Assembly: GCA_043228905.1 (NCBI GenBank)
Contig: JBHGNT010000028.1
Span: 248,001-312,000, forward strand
Length of the DNA: 64,000 bases
Direction of reading: 5' to 3'
DNA from: Azolla caroliniana
Lineage: Eukaryota; Plantae; Polypodiophyta
The translations under genes were made by a program, and so were the position numbers. Each line of letters starts with the position of its first letter. The stretch's first letter is position 1. Shown here piece after piece: positions 1 to 14,200 of the stretch. The notes under the pieces are model-generated. The model saw only the letters and a list, made by a program, of their open reading frames with translations. It searched no databases and was not told the DNA's origin.

Positions 1-3000
1 AAATTTGCTAATTTCGTCATGTCTCTCGACATGAGTTTCAAAATCTTGATTTTTTAATTCCATATCATAGCTAGCGTTGTTAGCTTCGATTCGCATGTTT
101 GAACACAAAAATCCGATATCACACTCGCCAGTTATGAACATTTTAATTTACCTAGTAGCTCTTCCCAACTCCCTCCTAATGTTGCTAATTTCGTCATGTC
201 TCTCGACCTGAGTTTCAAAATCTTGATTTTTTAATTGCATATCATAGCTAGCGTTGTTAGCTTCGATTCGCATGTTTGAACACAAAAATCCGATATCACA
301 CTCGCCAGATATGAACATTTTAATTTACCTACTAGCTCTTCCCAACTCACTCCTCAAATTTGGGAATTTCGTCATGTCTCTCGACCTGAGTTTCAAAATC
401 TTGATTTTTTAATTCCATATCGTAGCTAGCGTTGTTAGCTTCGATTCGCATGTTTGAACACAAAAATCCGATATCACACTCGCCAGTTATGAACATTTTA
501 ATTTACCTAGTAGCTCTTCCCAACTCCCTCCTAATGTTGCTAATTTCGTCATGTCTCTCGACCTGAGTTTCAAAATCTTGATTTTTTAATTGCATATCAT
601 AGCTAGCGTTGTTAGCTTCGATTCGCATGTTTGAACACAAAAATCCGATATCACACTCGCCAGATATGAACATTTTAATTTACCTACTAGCTCTTCCCAA
701 CTCACTCCTCAAATTTGGGAATTTCGTCATGTCTCTCGACCTGAGTTTCAAAATCTTGATTTTTTAATTCGAGATCATAGCTAGCATTGTTAGCTTCGAT
801 TCGCATGTTTGAACACAAAAATCCGATATCACACTCGCCAGATATGAACATTTTAATTTACCTACTAGCTCTTCCCAACTCACTCCTCAAATTTGGGAAT
901 TTCGTCATGTCTCTCGACCTGAGTTTCAAAATCTTGATTTTTTAATTCCATATCGTAGCTAGCGTTGTTAGCTTCGATTCACATGTTTGAACACAAAAAT
1001 CCGATATCACACGAGCCAGGTATGATCATTTTAATTTATTCAAGGGCTCTTCTCAACTCCCTCGTCAAGGTTGCTAATTTCTTCATGTCTCTCGACCTGA
1101 GTTTCAAAATCTTGATTTTTTAATTCGAGATCATAGCTAGCATTGTTAGCTTCAATTCGCATGTTTGAACACAAAAATCCGATATCACACTCGCCAGATA
1201 TGAACATTTTAATTTACCTACTAGCTCTTCCCAACTCACTCCTCAAATTTGCTAATTTCGTCATGTCTCTCGACATGAGTTTCAAAATCTTGATTTTTTA
1301 ATTCCATATCATAGCTAGCGTTGTTAGCTTCGATTCGCATGTTTGAACACAAAAATCCGATATCACACTCGCCAGTTATGAACATTTTAATTTACCTAGT
1401 AGCTCTTCCCAACTCCCTCCTAATGTTGCTAATTTCGTCATGTCTCTCGACCTGAGTTTCAAAATCTTGATTTTTTAATTGCATATCATAGCTAGCGTTG
1501 TTAGCTTCGATTCGCATGTTTGAACACAAAAATCCGATATCACACTCGCCAGATATGAACATTTTAATTTACCTACTAGCTCTTCCCAACTCACTCCTCA
1601 AATTTGGGAATTTCGTCATGTCTCTCGACCTGAGTTTCAAAATCTTGATTTTTTAATTCCATATCGTAGCTAGCGTTGTTAGCTTCGATTCGCATGTTTG
1701 AACACAAAAATCCGATATCACACTCGCCAGTTATGAACATTTTAATTTACCTAGTAGCTCTTCCCAACTCCCTCCTAATGTTGCTAATTTCGTCATGTCT
1801 CTCGACCTGAGTTTCAAAATCTTGATTTTTTAATTCCATATCATAGCTAGCGTTGTTAGCTTCGATTCGCATGTTTGAACACAAAAATCCGATATCACAC
1901 TCGCCAGATATGAACATTTTAATTTACCTACTAGCTCTTCCCAACTCACTCCTCAAATTTGGGAATTTCGTCATGTCTCTCGACCTCAGTTTCAAAATCT
2001 TGATTTTTTAATTCCATATCGTAGCTAGCGTTGTTAGCTTCGATTCGCATGTTTGAACACAAAAATCCGATATCACACTCGCCAGTTATGAACATTTTAA
2101 TTTACCTAGTAGCTCTTCCCAACTCCCTCCTAATGTTGCTAATTTCGTCATGTCTCTCGACCTGAGTTTCAAAATCTTGATTTTTTAATTGCATATCATA
2201 GCTAGCGTTGTTAGCTTCGATTCGCATGTTTGAACACAAAAATCCGATATCACACTCGCCAGATATGAACATTTTAATTTACCTACTAGCTCTTCCCAAC
2301 TCACTCCTCAAATTTGGGAATTTCGTCATGTCTCTCGACCTGAGTTTCAAAATCTTGATTTTTTAATACCATATCGTAGCTAGCGTTGTTAGCTTCGATT
2401 CACATGTTTGAACACAAAAATCCGATATCACACGAGCCAGGTATGATCATTTTAATTTATTCAAGGGCTCTTCTCAACTCCCTCGTCAAGGTTGCTAATT
2501 TCTTCATGTCTCTCGACCTGAGTTTCAAAATCTTGATTTTTTAATTCGAGATCATAGCTAGCATTGTTAGCTTCAATTCGCATGTTTGAACACAAAAATC
2601 CGATATCACACTCGCCAGATATGAACATTTTAATTTACCTACTAGCTCTTCCCAACTCACTCCTCAAATTTGCTAATTTCGTCATGTCTCTCGACATAAG
2701 TTTCAAAATCTTGATTTTTTAATTCCATATCATAGCTAGCGTTGTTAGCTTCGATTCGCATGTTTGAACACAAAAATCCGATATCACACTCGCCAGTTAT
2801 GAACATTTTAATTTACCTAGTAGCTCTTCCCAACTCCCTCCTAATGTTGCTAATTTCGTCATGTCTCTCGACCTGAGTTTCAAAATCTTGATTTTTTAAT
2901 TGCATATCATAGCTAGCGTTGTTAGCTTCGATTCGCATGTTTGAACACAAAAATCCGATATCACACTCGCCAGATATGAACATTTTAATTTACCTACTAG

Positions 3001-6000
3001 CTCTTCCCAACTCACTCCTCAAATTTGGGAATTTCGTCATGTCTCTCGACCTGAGTTTCAAAATCTTGATTTTTTAATTCCATATCGTAGCTAGCGTTGT
3101 TAGCTTCGATTCACATGTTTGAACACAAAAATCCGATATCACACGAGCCAGGTATGATCATTTTAATTTATTCAAGGGCTCTTCTCAACTCCCTCGTCAA
3201 GGTTGCTAATTTCTTCATGTCTCTCGACCTGAGTTTCAAAATCTTGATTTTTTAATTCGAGATCATAGCTAGCATTGTTAGCTTCGATTCGCATGTTTGA
3301 ACACAAAAATCCGATATCACACTCGCCAGATATGAACATTTTAATTTACCTACTAGCTCTTCCCAACTCACTCCTCAAATTTGCTAATTTCGTCATGTCT
3401 CTCGACATGAGTTTCAAAATCTTGATTTTTTAATTCCATATCATAGCTAGCGTTGTTAGCTTCGATTCGCATGTTTGAACACAAAAATCCGATATCACAC
3501 TCGCCAGTTATGAACATTTTAATTTACCTAGTAGCTCTTCCCAACTCCCTCCTAATGTTGCTAATTTCGTCATGTCTCTCGACCTGAGTTTCAAAATCTT
3601 GATTTTTTAATTGCATATCATAGCTAGCGTTGTTAGCTTCGATTCGCATGTTTGAACCCAAAAATCCGATATCACACTCGCCAGATATGAACATTTTAAT
3701 TTACCTACTAGCTCTTCCCAACTCCCTCCTCAAATTTGGGAATTTCGTCATGTCTCTCGACCTGAGTTTCAAAATCTTGATTTTTTAATTCCATATCGTA
3801 GCTAGCGTTGTTAGCTTCGATTCGCATGTTTGAACACAAAAATCCGATATCACACTCGCCAGTTATGAACATTTTAATTTACCTAGTAGCTCTTCCCAAC
3901 TCCCTCCTAATGTTGCTAATTTCGTCATGTCTCTCGACCTGAGTTTCAAAATCTTGATTTTTTAATTCCATATCATAGCTAGCGTTGTTAGCTTCGATTC
4001 GCATGTTTGAACACAAAAATCCGATATCACACTCGCCAGATATGAACATTTTAATTTACCTACTAGCTCTTCCCAACTCACTCCTCAAATTTGGGAATTT
4101 CGTCATGTCTCTCGACCTGAGTTTCAAAATCTTGATTTTTTAATACCATATCGTAGCTAGCGTTGTTAGCTTCGATTCACATGTTTGAACACAAAAATCC
4201 GATATCACACGAGCCAGGTATGATCATTTTAATTTATTCAAGGGCTCTTCTCAACTCCCTCGTCAAGGTTGCTAATTTCTTCATGTCTCTCGACCTGAGT
4301 TTCAAAATCTTGATTTTTTAATTCGAGATCATAGCTAGCATTGTTAGCTTCAATTCGCATGTTTGAACACAAAAATCCGATATCACACTCGCCAGATATG
4401 AACATTTTAATTTACCTACTAGCTCTTCCCAACTCACTCCTCAAATTTGCTAATTTCGTCATGTCTCTCGACATGAGTTTCAAAATCTTGATTTTTTAAT
4501 TCCATATCATAGCTAGCGTTGTTAGCTTCGATTCGCATGTTTGAACACAAAAATCCGATATCACACTCGCCAGTTATGAACATTTTAATTTACCTAGTAG
4601 CTCTTCCCAACTCCCTCCTAATGTTGCTAATTTCGTCATGTCTCTCGACCTGAGTTTCAAAATCTTGATTTTTTAATTGCATATCATAGCTAGCGTTGTT
4701 AGCTTCGATTCGCATGTTTGAACACAAAAATCCGATATCACACTCGCCAGATATGAACATTTTAATTTACCTACTAGCTCTTCCCAACTCACTCCTCAAA
4801 TTTGGGAATTTCGTCATGTCTCTCGACCTGAGTTTCAAAATCTTGATTTTTTAATTCCATATCGTAGCTAGCGTTGTTAGCTTCGATTCGCATGTTTGAA
4901 CACAAAAATCCGATATCACACTCGCCAGTTATGAACATTTTAATTTACCTAGTAGCTCTTCCCAACTCCCTCCTAATGTTGCTAATTTCGTCATGTCTCT
5001 CGACCTGAGTTTCAAAATCTTGATTTTTTAATTGCATATCATAGCTAGCGTTGTTAGCTTCGATTCGCATGTTTGAACACAAAAATCCGATATCACACTC
5101 GCCAGATATGAACATTTTAATTTACCTACTAGCTCTTCCCAACTCACTCCTCAAATTTGGGAATTTCGTCATGTCTCTCGACCTGAGTTTCAAAATCTTG
5201 ATTTTTTAATTCGAGATCATAGCTAGCATTGTTAGCTTCGATTCGCATGTTTGAACACAAAAATCCGATATCACACTCGCCAGATATGAACATTTTAATT
5301 TACCTACTAGCTCTTCCCAACTCACTCCTCAAATTTGGGAATTTCGTCATGTCTCTCGACCTGAGTTTCAAAATCTTGATTTTTTAATTCCATATCGTAG
5401 CTAGCGTTGTTAGCTTCGATTCACATGTTTGAACACAAAAATCCGATATCACACGAGCCAGGTATGATCATTTTAATTTATTCAAGGGCTCTTCTCAACT
5501 CCCTCGTCAAGGTTGCTAATTTCTTCATGTCTCTCGACCTGAGTTTCAAAATCTTGATTTTTTAATTCGAGATCATAGCTAGCATTGTTAGCTTCAATTC
5601 GCATGTTTGAACACAAAAATCCGATATCACACTCGCCAGATATGAACATTTTAATTTACCTACTAGCTCTTCCCAACTCACTCCTCAAATTTGCTAATTT
5701 CGTCATGTCTCTCGACATGAGTTTCAAAATCTTGATTTTTTAATTCCATATCATAGCTAGCGTTGTTAGCTTCGATTCGCATGTTTGAACACAAAAATCC
5801 GATATCACACTCGCCAGTTATGAACATTTTAATTTACCTAGTAGCTCTTCCCAACTCCCTCCTAATGTTGCTAATTTCGTCATGTCTCTCGACCTGAGTT
5901 TCAAAATCTTGATTTTTTAATTGCATATCATAGCTAGCGTTGTTAGCTTCGATTCGCATGTTTGAACACAAAAATCCGATATCACACTCGCCAGATATGA

Positions 6001-8200
6001 ACATTTTAATTTACCTACTAGCTCTTCCCAACTCACTCCTCAAATTTGGGAATTTCGTCATGTCTCTCGACCTGAGTTTCAAAATCTTGATTTTTTAATT
6101 CCATATCGTAGCTAGCGTTGTTAGCTTCGATTCGCATGTTTGAACACAAAAATCCGATATCACACTCGCCAGTTATGAACATTTTAATTTACCTAGTAGC
6201 TCTTCCCAACTCCCTCCTAATGTTGCTAATTTCGTCATGTCTCTCGACCTGAGTTTCAAAATCTTGATTTTTTAATTCCATATCATAGCTAGCGTTGTTA
6301 GCTTCGATTCGCATGTTTGAACACAAAAATCCGATATCACACTCGCCAGATATGAACATTTTAATTTACCTACTAGCTCTTCCCAACTCACTCCTCAAAT
6401 TTGGGAATTTCGTCATGTCTCTCGACCTGAGTTTCAAAATCTTGATTTTTTAATTCCATATCGTAGCTAGCGTTGTTAGCTTCGATTCACATGTTTGAAC
6501 ACAAAAATCCGATATCACACGAGCCAGGTATGATCATTTTAATTTATTCAAGGGCTCTTCTCAACTCCCTCGTCAAGGTTGCTAATTTCTTCATGTCTCT
6601 CGACCTGAGTTTCAAAATCTTGATTTTTTAATTCGAGATCATAGCTAGCATTGTTAGCTTCGATTCGCATGTTTGAACACAAAAATCCGATATCACACTC
6701 GCCAGATATGAACATTTTAATTTACCTACTAGCTCTTCCCAACTCACTCCTCAAATTTGCTAATTTCGTCATGTCTCTCGACATGAGTTTCAAAATCTTG
6801 ATTTTTTAATTCCATATCATAGCTAGCGTTGTTAGCTTCGATTCGCATGTTTGAACACAAAAATCCGATATCACACTCGCCAGTTATGAACATTTTAATT
6901 TACCTAGTAGCTCTTCCCAACTCCCTCCTAATGTTGCTAATTTCGTCATGTCTCTCGACCTGAGTTTCAAAATCTTGATTTTTTAATTGCATATCATAGC
7001 TAGCGTTGTTAGCTTCGATTCGCATGTTTGAACACAAAAATCCGATATCACACTCGCCAGATATGAACATTTTAATTTACCTACTAGCTCTTCCCAACTC
7101 ACTCCTCAAATTTGGGAATTTCGTCATGTCTCTCGACCTGAGTTTCAAAATCTTGATTTTTTAATTCCATATCGTAGCTAGCGTTGTTAGCTTCGATTCG
7201 CATGTTTGAACACAAAAATCCGATATCACACTCGCCAGTTATGAACATTTTAATTTACCTAGTAGCTCTTCCCAACTCCCTCCTAATGTTGCTAATTTCG
7301 TCATGTCTCTCGACCTGAGTTTCAAAATCTTGATTTTTTAATTGCATATCATAGCTAGCGTTGTTAGCTTCGATTCGCATGTTTGAACACAAAAATCCGA
7401 TATCACACTCGCCAGATATGAACATTTTAATTTACCTACTAGCTCTTCCCAACTCACTCCTCAAATTTGGGAATTTCGTCATGTCTCTCGACCTGAGTTT
7501 CAAAATCTTGATTTTTTAATTCGAGATCATAGCTAGCATTGTTAGCTTCGATTCGCATGTTTGAACACAAAAATCCGATATCACACTCGCCAGATATGAA
7601 CATTTTAATTTACCTACTAGCTCTTCCCAACTCACTCCTCAAATTTGCTAATTTCGTCATGTCTCTCGACATGAGTTTCAAAATCTTGATTTTTTAATTC
7701 CATATCATAGCTAGCGTTGTTAGCTTCGATTCGCATGTTTGAACACAAAAATCCGATATCACACTCGCTAGTTATGAACATTTTAATTTACCTAGTAGCT
7801 CTTCCCAACTCCCTCCTAATGTTGCTAATTTCGTCATGTCTCTCGACCTGAGTTTCAAAATCTTGATTTTTTAATTGCATATCATAGCTAGCGTTGTTAG
7901 CTTCGATTCGCATGTTTGAACACAAAAATCCGATATCACACTCGCCAGATATGAACATTTTAATTTACCTACTAGCTCTTCCCAACTCACTCCTCAAATT
8001 TGGGAAATTCGTCATGTCTCTCGACCTGAGTTTCAAAATCTTGATTTTTTAATTCCATATCGTAGCTAGCGTTGTTAGCTTCGATTCACATGTTTGAACA
8101 CAAAAATCCGATATCACACGAGCCAGGTATGATCATTTTAATTTATTCAAGGGCTCTTCTCAACTCCCTCGTCAAGGTTGCTAATTTCTTCATGTCTCTC
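1..8200. repeat. Homogeneous HOR domain: 711-bp 4-mer core plus a variable number of 355-bp (177+178) dimers
   Basis: The marker TTCAAGGGCTCTTCTC lies at about 1041, 2462, 3173, 4239, 5483, 6549 and 8148, giving spacings of 1421, 711, 1066, 1244, 1066 and 1599. Confidence 0.85.
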
Positions 8201-11200
8201 GACCTGAGTTTCAAAATCTTGATTTTTTAATTCCATATCATAGCTAGCGTTGTTAGCTTCGATTCGCATGTTTGAACACAAAAATCCGATATCACACTCG
8301 CCAGTTATGAACATTTTAATTTACCTACTAGCTCTTCCCAACTCCCTCCTCATGTTGCTAATTTTGTCATGTCTCTCGACCTGAGTTTCAAAAGTCTTGA
8401 TTTTTTAATTCCATATCCTAGCTAGCGTTGTTAGCTTCGATTCGCATGTTTGAACACAAAAATCCGATATCCCACTCGCCAGATATGAACATTTTAATTT
8501 ACCTACTAGCTCTTCCCAACTCACTCCTCAAATTTGCTAATTTCGTCATGTCTCTCGACCTGAGTTTCAAAATCTTGATTCTTTAATTCCATATCATAGC
8601 TAGCGTTGTTAGCTTCGATTCGCATGTTTGAACACAAAAATCCGATATCACACTCGCCAGATATGAACATTTTAATTTACCTACTAGCTCTTCCCAACTC
8701 ACTCCTCAAATTTGCTAATTTCGTCATGTCTCTTGACATGAGTTTCAAAATCTTGATTTTTTAATTCCATTTTATAGCTCGCGTTGTTAGCTTCGATTCG
8801 CATGTTTGAACACAAAAATCCGATATCACACTCGCCAGATATGAACATTTTAATTTACCTACTAGCTCTTCCCAACTCACTCCTCAAATTTGGGAATTTC
8901 GTCATGTCTCTCGACCTGAGTTTCAAAATCTTGATTTTTTAATTCCATATCGTAACTAGCGTTGTTAGCTTCGATTTACATGTTTGAACACAAAAATCCG
9001 ATATCACACGAGCCAGGTATGATCATTTTAATTTATTCAAGGGCTCTTCTCAACTCCCTCGTCAAGGTTGCTAATTTCTTCATGTCTCTCGACCTGAGTT
9101 TCAAAATCTTGATTTTTTAATTCCATATCATAGATAATGTTGTTAGCTTCGATTCGCATGTTTGAACACAAAAATCCGAATATCCCACTCGCCAGATATG
9201 AACATTTTAATTTACCTACTAGCTCTTCCCAACTCACTCCTCAAATTTGGGAATTTCGTCATGTCTCTCGACCTGAGTTTCAAAATCTTGATTTTTTAAT
9301 TCCATATCATAGCTAGCGTTGTTAGCTTCGATTCGCATGTTTGAACACAAAAATCCGATATCCCACTCGCCAGATATGAACATTTTAATTTACCTACTAG
9401 CTCTTCCCAACTCACTCCTCAAATTTGGGAATTTCGTCATGTCTCTCGACCTGAGTTTCAAAATCTTGATTTTTTAATTCCATATCATAGCTAACGTTGT
9501 TAGCTTCGATTCACATGATTGAACACAAAAATCCGATATCACACTCGCCAGTTATGAACATTTTAATTTACCTACTAGCTCTTCCCAACTCCCTCCTCAT
9601 GTTGCTAATTTTGTCATATCTCTCGACCTGAGTTTCAAAATCTTGATTTTTTAATTCCATATCCTAGCTAGCGTTGTTAGCTTCGATTCGCATGTTTGAA
9701 CACAAAAATCCGATATCCCACTCGCCAGATATGAACATTTTAATTTACCTACTAGCTCTTCCCAACTCACTCCTCAAATTTGCTAATTTCGTCATGTCTC
9801 TCGACCTGAGTTTCAAAATCTTGATTCTTTAATTCCATATCATAGCTAGCGTTGTTAGCTTCGATTCGCATGTTTGAACACAAAAATCCGATATCACACT
9901 CGCCAGATATGAACATTTTAATTTACTCAAGGGCTCCTCTCAACTCCCTCCTCATGTTTGCTAATATCGTCAGGTCTCTCGACCTGAGTTTCAAAATCTT
10001 GATTTTTTAATTCCATATCATAGCTAGCGTTGTTAGCTTCGATTGGAATGTTTGAACACAAAAATCCGATATCACACGAGCCAGGTATGAACATTTTAAT
10101 TTACCTATTACCTCTTCTAAACTCACTCCTCAAATTTGGTAATTTTGGCATGTCTCTCGACCTGAGTTTCAAAATCTTGATTTTTTAATACCATATCATA
10201 GCTAGCGTTGTTAGCTTCGATTCGCATGTTTGAACACAAAAATCCGATATCACACTCGCCAGTTATGAACATTTTAATTTACCTACTAGCTCTTCCCAAC
10301 TCCCTCCTCATGTTGCTAATTTCGTCATGTCTCTCGACCTGAGTTTCAAAATCTTGATTTTTTAATTCCATATCGTAGCTAGCTTTGTTAGCTTCGATTC
10401 ACATGTTTGAACACAAAAATCCGATATCACACGAGCCAGGTATGAACATTTTAATTTACTCCAGGGTTCCTCTCAACTCCCTCGTCAAGGTTGCTAATTT
10501 CGTCATGTCTCTCGACCTGAGTTTCAAAATCTTGATTTTTTAATTCCATATCATAGCTAGCGTTGTTAGCTTCGATTCGCATGTTTGAACACAAAAATCC
10601 GATATCACACGAGCCAGGTATGAACATTTTAATTTACTCCAGGGTTCCTCTCAACTCCCTCGTCAAGGTTGCTAATTTCGTCATGTCTCTCGACCTGAGT
10701 TTCAAAATCTTGATTTTTTAATTCCATATCATAGCTAGCGTTGTTAGCTTCGATTCGCATGTTTGAACACAAAAATCCGATATCACACTCGCCAGATATG
10801 AACATTTTAATTTACCTAGCAGCTCTTCCCAACTCACTCCTTAAATTTGCTAATTTCGTCATGTCTCTCGACCTGAGTTTCAAAATCTTGATTTTTTAAT
10901 TCCATATCATAGCTAGCGTTGTTAGCTTCGATTCGCATGTTTGAACACAAAAATCCGATATCACACGAGCCAGGTATGATCATTTTAATTTACCTACTAG
11001 CTCTTCCCAACTCACTCCTCAAATTTGCTAATTTCGTCATGTCTCTCGACGTGAGTTTCAAAATCTTGATTTTTTAATTGCATATCATAGCTAGCGTTGT
11101 TAGCTTCGATTCGCATGTTTGAACACAAAAGTCCGATATCACACTCGCCAGTTATGAACATTTTAATTTACCTAGTAGCTCTTCCCAACTCCCTCCTAAT

Positions 11201-11289
11201 GTTGCTAATTTCGTCATGTCTCTCGACCTGAGTTTCAAAATCTTGATTTTTTAATTGCATATCATAGCTAGCGTTGTTAGCTTCGATTC

Positions 11290-14200
11290 GCATGTTTGAA
11301 CACCAAAATCCGATATCCCACTCGCCAGATATGAACATTTTAATTTACCTACTAGCTCTTCCCAACTCACTCCTCAAATTTGGGAATTTCGTCATGTCTC
11401 TCGACCTGAGTTTCAAAATCTTAATTTTTTAATTCCATATCATAGCTAGCGTTGTTAGCTTCGATTCGCATGTTTGAACACAAAAATCCGATATCACACT
11501 CGCCAGATATGAACATTTTAATTTACCTACTAGCTCTTCCCAACTCACTCCTCAAATTTGCTAATTTCGTCATGTCTCTCGACCTGAGTTTCAAAATCTT
11601 GATTTTTTAATTCCATATCATAGCTAGCGTTGTTAGCTTCGATTCGCATGTTTGAACACAAAAATCCGATATCACACGAGCCAGATATGAACATTTTAAT
11701 TTACCTACTAGCTCTTCCCAACTCACTCCTCAAATTTGGGAATTTCGTCATGTCTCTCGACCTGAGTTTCAAAATCTTGATTTTTTAATTCCATATCGTA
11801 GCTAGCGTTGTTAGCTTCGATTCACATGTTTGAACACAAAAATCCGATATCACACGAGCCAGGTATGATCATTTTAATTTATTCAAGGGCTCTTCTCAAC
11901 TCCCTCGTCAAGGTTGCTAATTTCTTCATGTCTCTCGACCTGAGTTTCAAAATCTTGATTTTTTAATTCCATATCATAGATAATGTTGTTAGCTTCGATT
12001 CGCATGTTTGAACACAAAAATCCGAATATCCCACTCGCCAGATATGAACATTTTAATTTACCTACTAGCTCTTCCCAACTCACTCCTCAAATTTGGGAAT
12101 TTCGTCATGTCTCTCGACCTGAGTTTCAAAATCTTGATTTTTTAATTCCATATCATAGCTAGCGTTGTTAGCTTCGATTCGCATGTTTGAACACAAAAAT
12201 CCGATATCCCACTCGCCAGATATGAACATTTTAATTTACCTACTAGCTCTTCCCAACTCACTCCTCAAATTTGGGAATTTCGTCATGTCTCTCGACCTGA
12301 GTTTCAAAATCTTGATTTTTTAATTCCATATCATAGCTAACGTTGTTAGCTTCGATTCACATGATTGAACACAAAAATCCGATATCACACTCGCCAGTTA
12401 TGAACATTTTAATTTACCTACTAGCTCTTCCCAACTCCCTCCTCATGTTGCTAATTTTGTCATATCTCTCGACCTGAGTTTCAAAATCTTGATTTTTTAA
12501 TTCCATATCCTAGCTAGCGTTGTTAGCTTCGATTCGCATGTTTGAACACAAAAATCCGATATCCCACTCGCCAGATATGAACATTTTAATTTACCTACTA
12601 GCTCTTCCCAACTCACTCCTCAAATTTGCTAATTTCGTCATGTCTCTCGACCTGAGTTTCAAAATCTTGATTCTTTAATTCCATATCATAGCTAGCGTTG
12701 TTAGCTTCGATTCGCATGTTTGAACACAAAAATCCGATATCACACTCGCCAGTTATGAACATTTTAATTTACCTAGTAGCTCTTCCCAACTCCCTCGTCA
12801 AGGTTGCTAATTTCGTCATGTCTCTCGACCTGAGTTTCAAAATCTTGATTTTTTAATTGCATATCATAGCTAGCGTTGTTAGCTTCGATTCGCATGTTTG
12901 AACACAAAAATCCGATATCACACTCGCCAGATATGAACATTTTAATTTACCTACTAGCTCTTCCCAACTCACTCCTCAAATTTGGGAATTTCGTCATGTC
13001 TCTCGACCTGAGTTTCAAAATCTTGATTTTTTAATTCGAGATCATAGCTAGCATTGTTAGCTTCGATTCGCATGTTTGAACACCAAAATCCGATATCCCA
13101 CTCGCCAGATATGAACATTTTAATTTACCTACTAGCTCTTCCCAACTCACTCCTCAAATTTGGGAATTTCGTCATGTCTCTCGACCTGAGTTTCAAAATC
13201 TTGATTTTTTAATTCCATATCATAGCTAGCGTTGTTAGCTTCGATTCGCATGTTTGAACACAAAAATCCGATATCACACTCGCCAGATATGAACATTTTA
13301 ATTTACCTACTAGCTCTTCCCAACTCACTCCTCAAATTTGCTAATTTCGTCATGTCTCTCGACCTGAGTTTCAAAATCTTGATTTTTTAATTCCATATCA
13401 TAGCTAGCGTTGTTAGCTTCGATTCGCATGTTTGAACACAAAAATCCGATATCACACGAGCCAGATATGAACATTTTAATTTACCTACTAGCTCTTCCCA
13501 ACTCACTCCTCAAATTTGGGAATTTCGTCATGTCTCTCGACCTGAGTTTCAAAATCTTGATTTTTTAATTCCATATCGTAGCTAGCGTTGTTAGCTTCGA
13601 TTCACATGTTTGAACACAAAAATCCGATATCACACGAGCCAGGTATGATCATTTTAATTTATTCAAGGGCTCTTCTCAACTCCCTCGTCAAGGTTGCTAA
13701 TTTCTTCATGTCTCTCGACCTGAGTTTCAAAATCTTGATTTTTTAATTCCATATCATAGATAATGTTGTTAGCTTCGATTCGCATGTTTGAACACAAAAA
13801 TCCGAATATCCCACTCGCCAGATATGAACATTTTAATTTACCTACTAGCTCTTCCCAACTCACTCCTCAAATTTGGGAATTTCGTCATGTCTCTCGACCT
13901 GAGTTTCAAAATCTTGATTTTTTAATTCCATATCATAGCTAGCGTTGTTAGCTTCGATTCGCATGTTTGAACACAAAAATCCGATATCCCACTCGCCAGA
14001 TATGAACATTTTAATTTACCTACTAGCTCTTCCCAACTCACTCCTCAAATTTGGGAATTTCGTCATGTCTCTCGACCTGAGTTTCAAAATCTTGATTTTT
14101 TAATTCCATATCATAGCTAACGTTGTTAGCTTCGATTCACATGATTGAACACAAAAATCCGATATCACACTCGCCAGTTATGAACATTTTAATTTACCTA

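Noticed and set aside
12-100. CENP-B box-like motif at the TTCG sites
   Set aside because: The TTCG sites are not followed by the NNNNANNCGGG pattern needed for the canonical box.
1-178. Identification as Arabidopsis thaliana CEN178 or another named satellite because of the 178-bp length
   Set aside because: The sequence does not resemble CEN178 as I recall it, and length alone is not diagnostic. A BLASTN search against satellite databases and genome assemblies is needed.
1-178. 5S rDNA, tRNA or snRNA gene array
   Set aside because: I recognise no 5S, tRNA or snRNA sequence, no Pol III A/B/C boxes and no gene-plus-spacer layout. An Infernal/Rfam scan of a dimer would settle it.
151-180. G-quadruplex or i-motif in the C-rich tract CTTCCCAACTCCCTCCT
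   Set aside because: It has at most two runs of three C, so it lacks the canonical four-tract motif.
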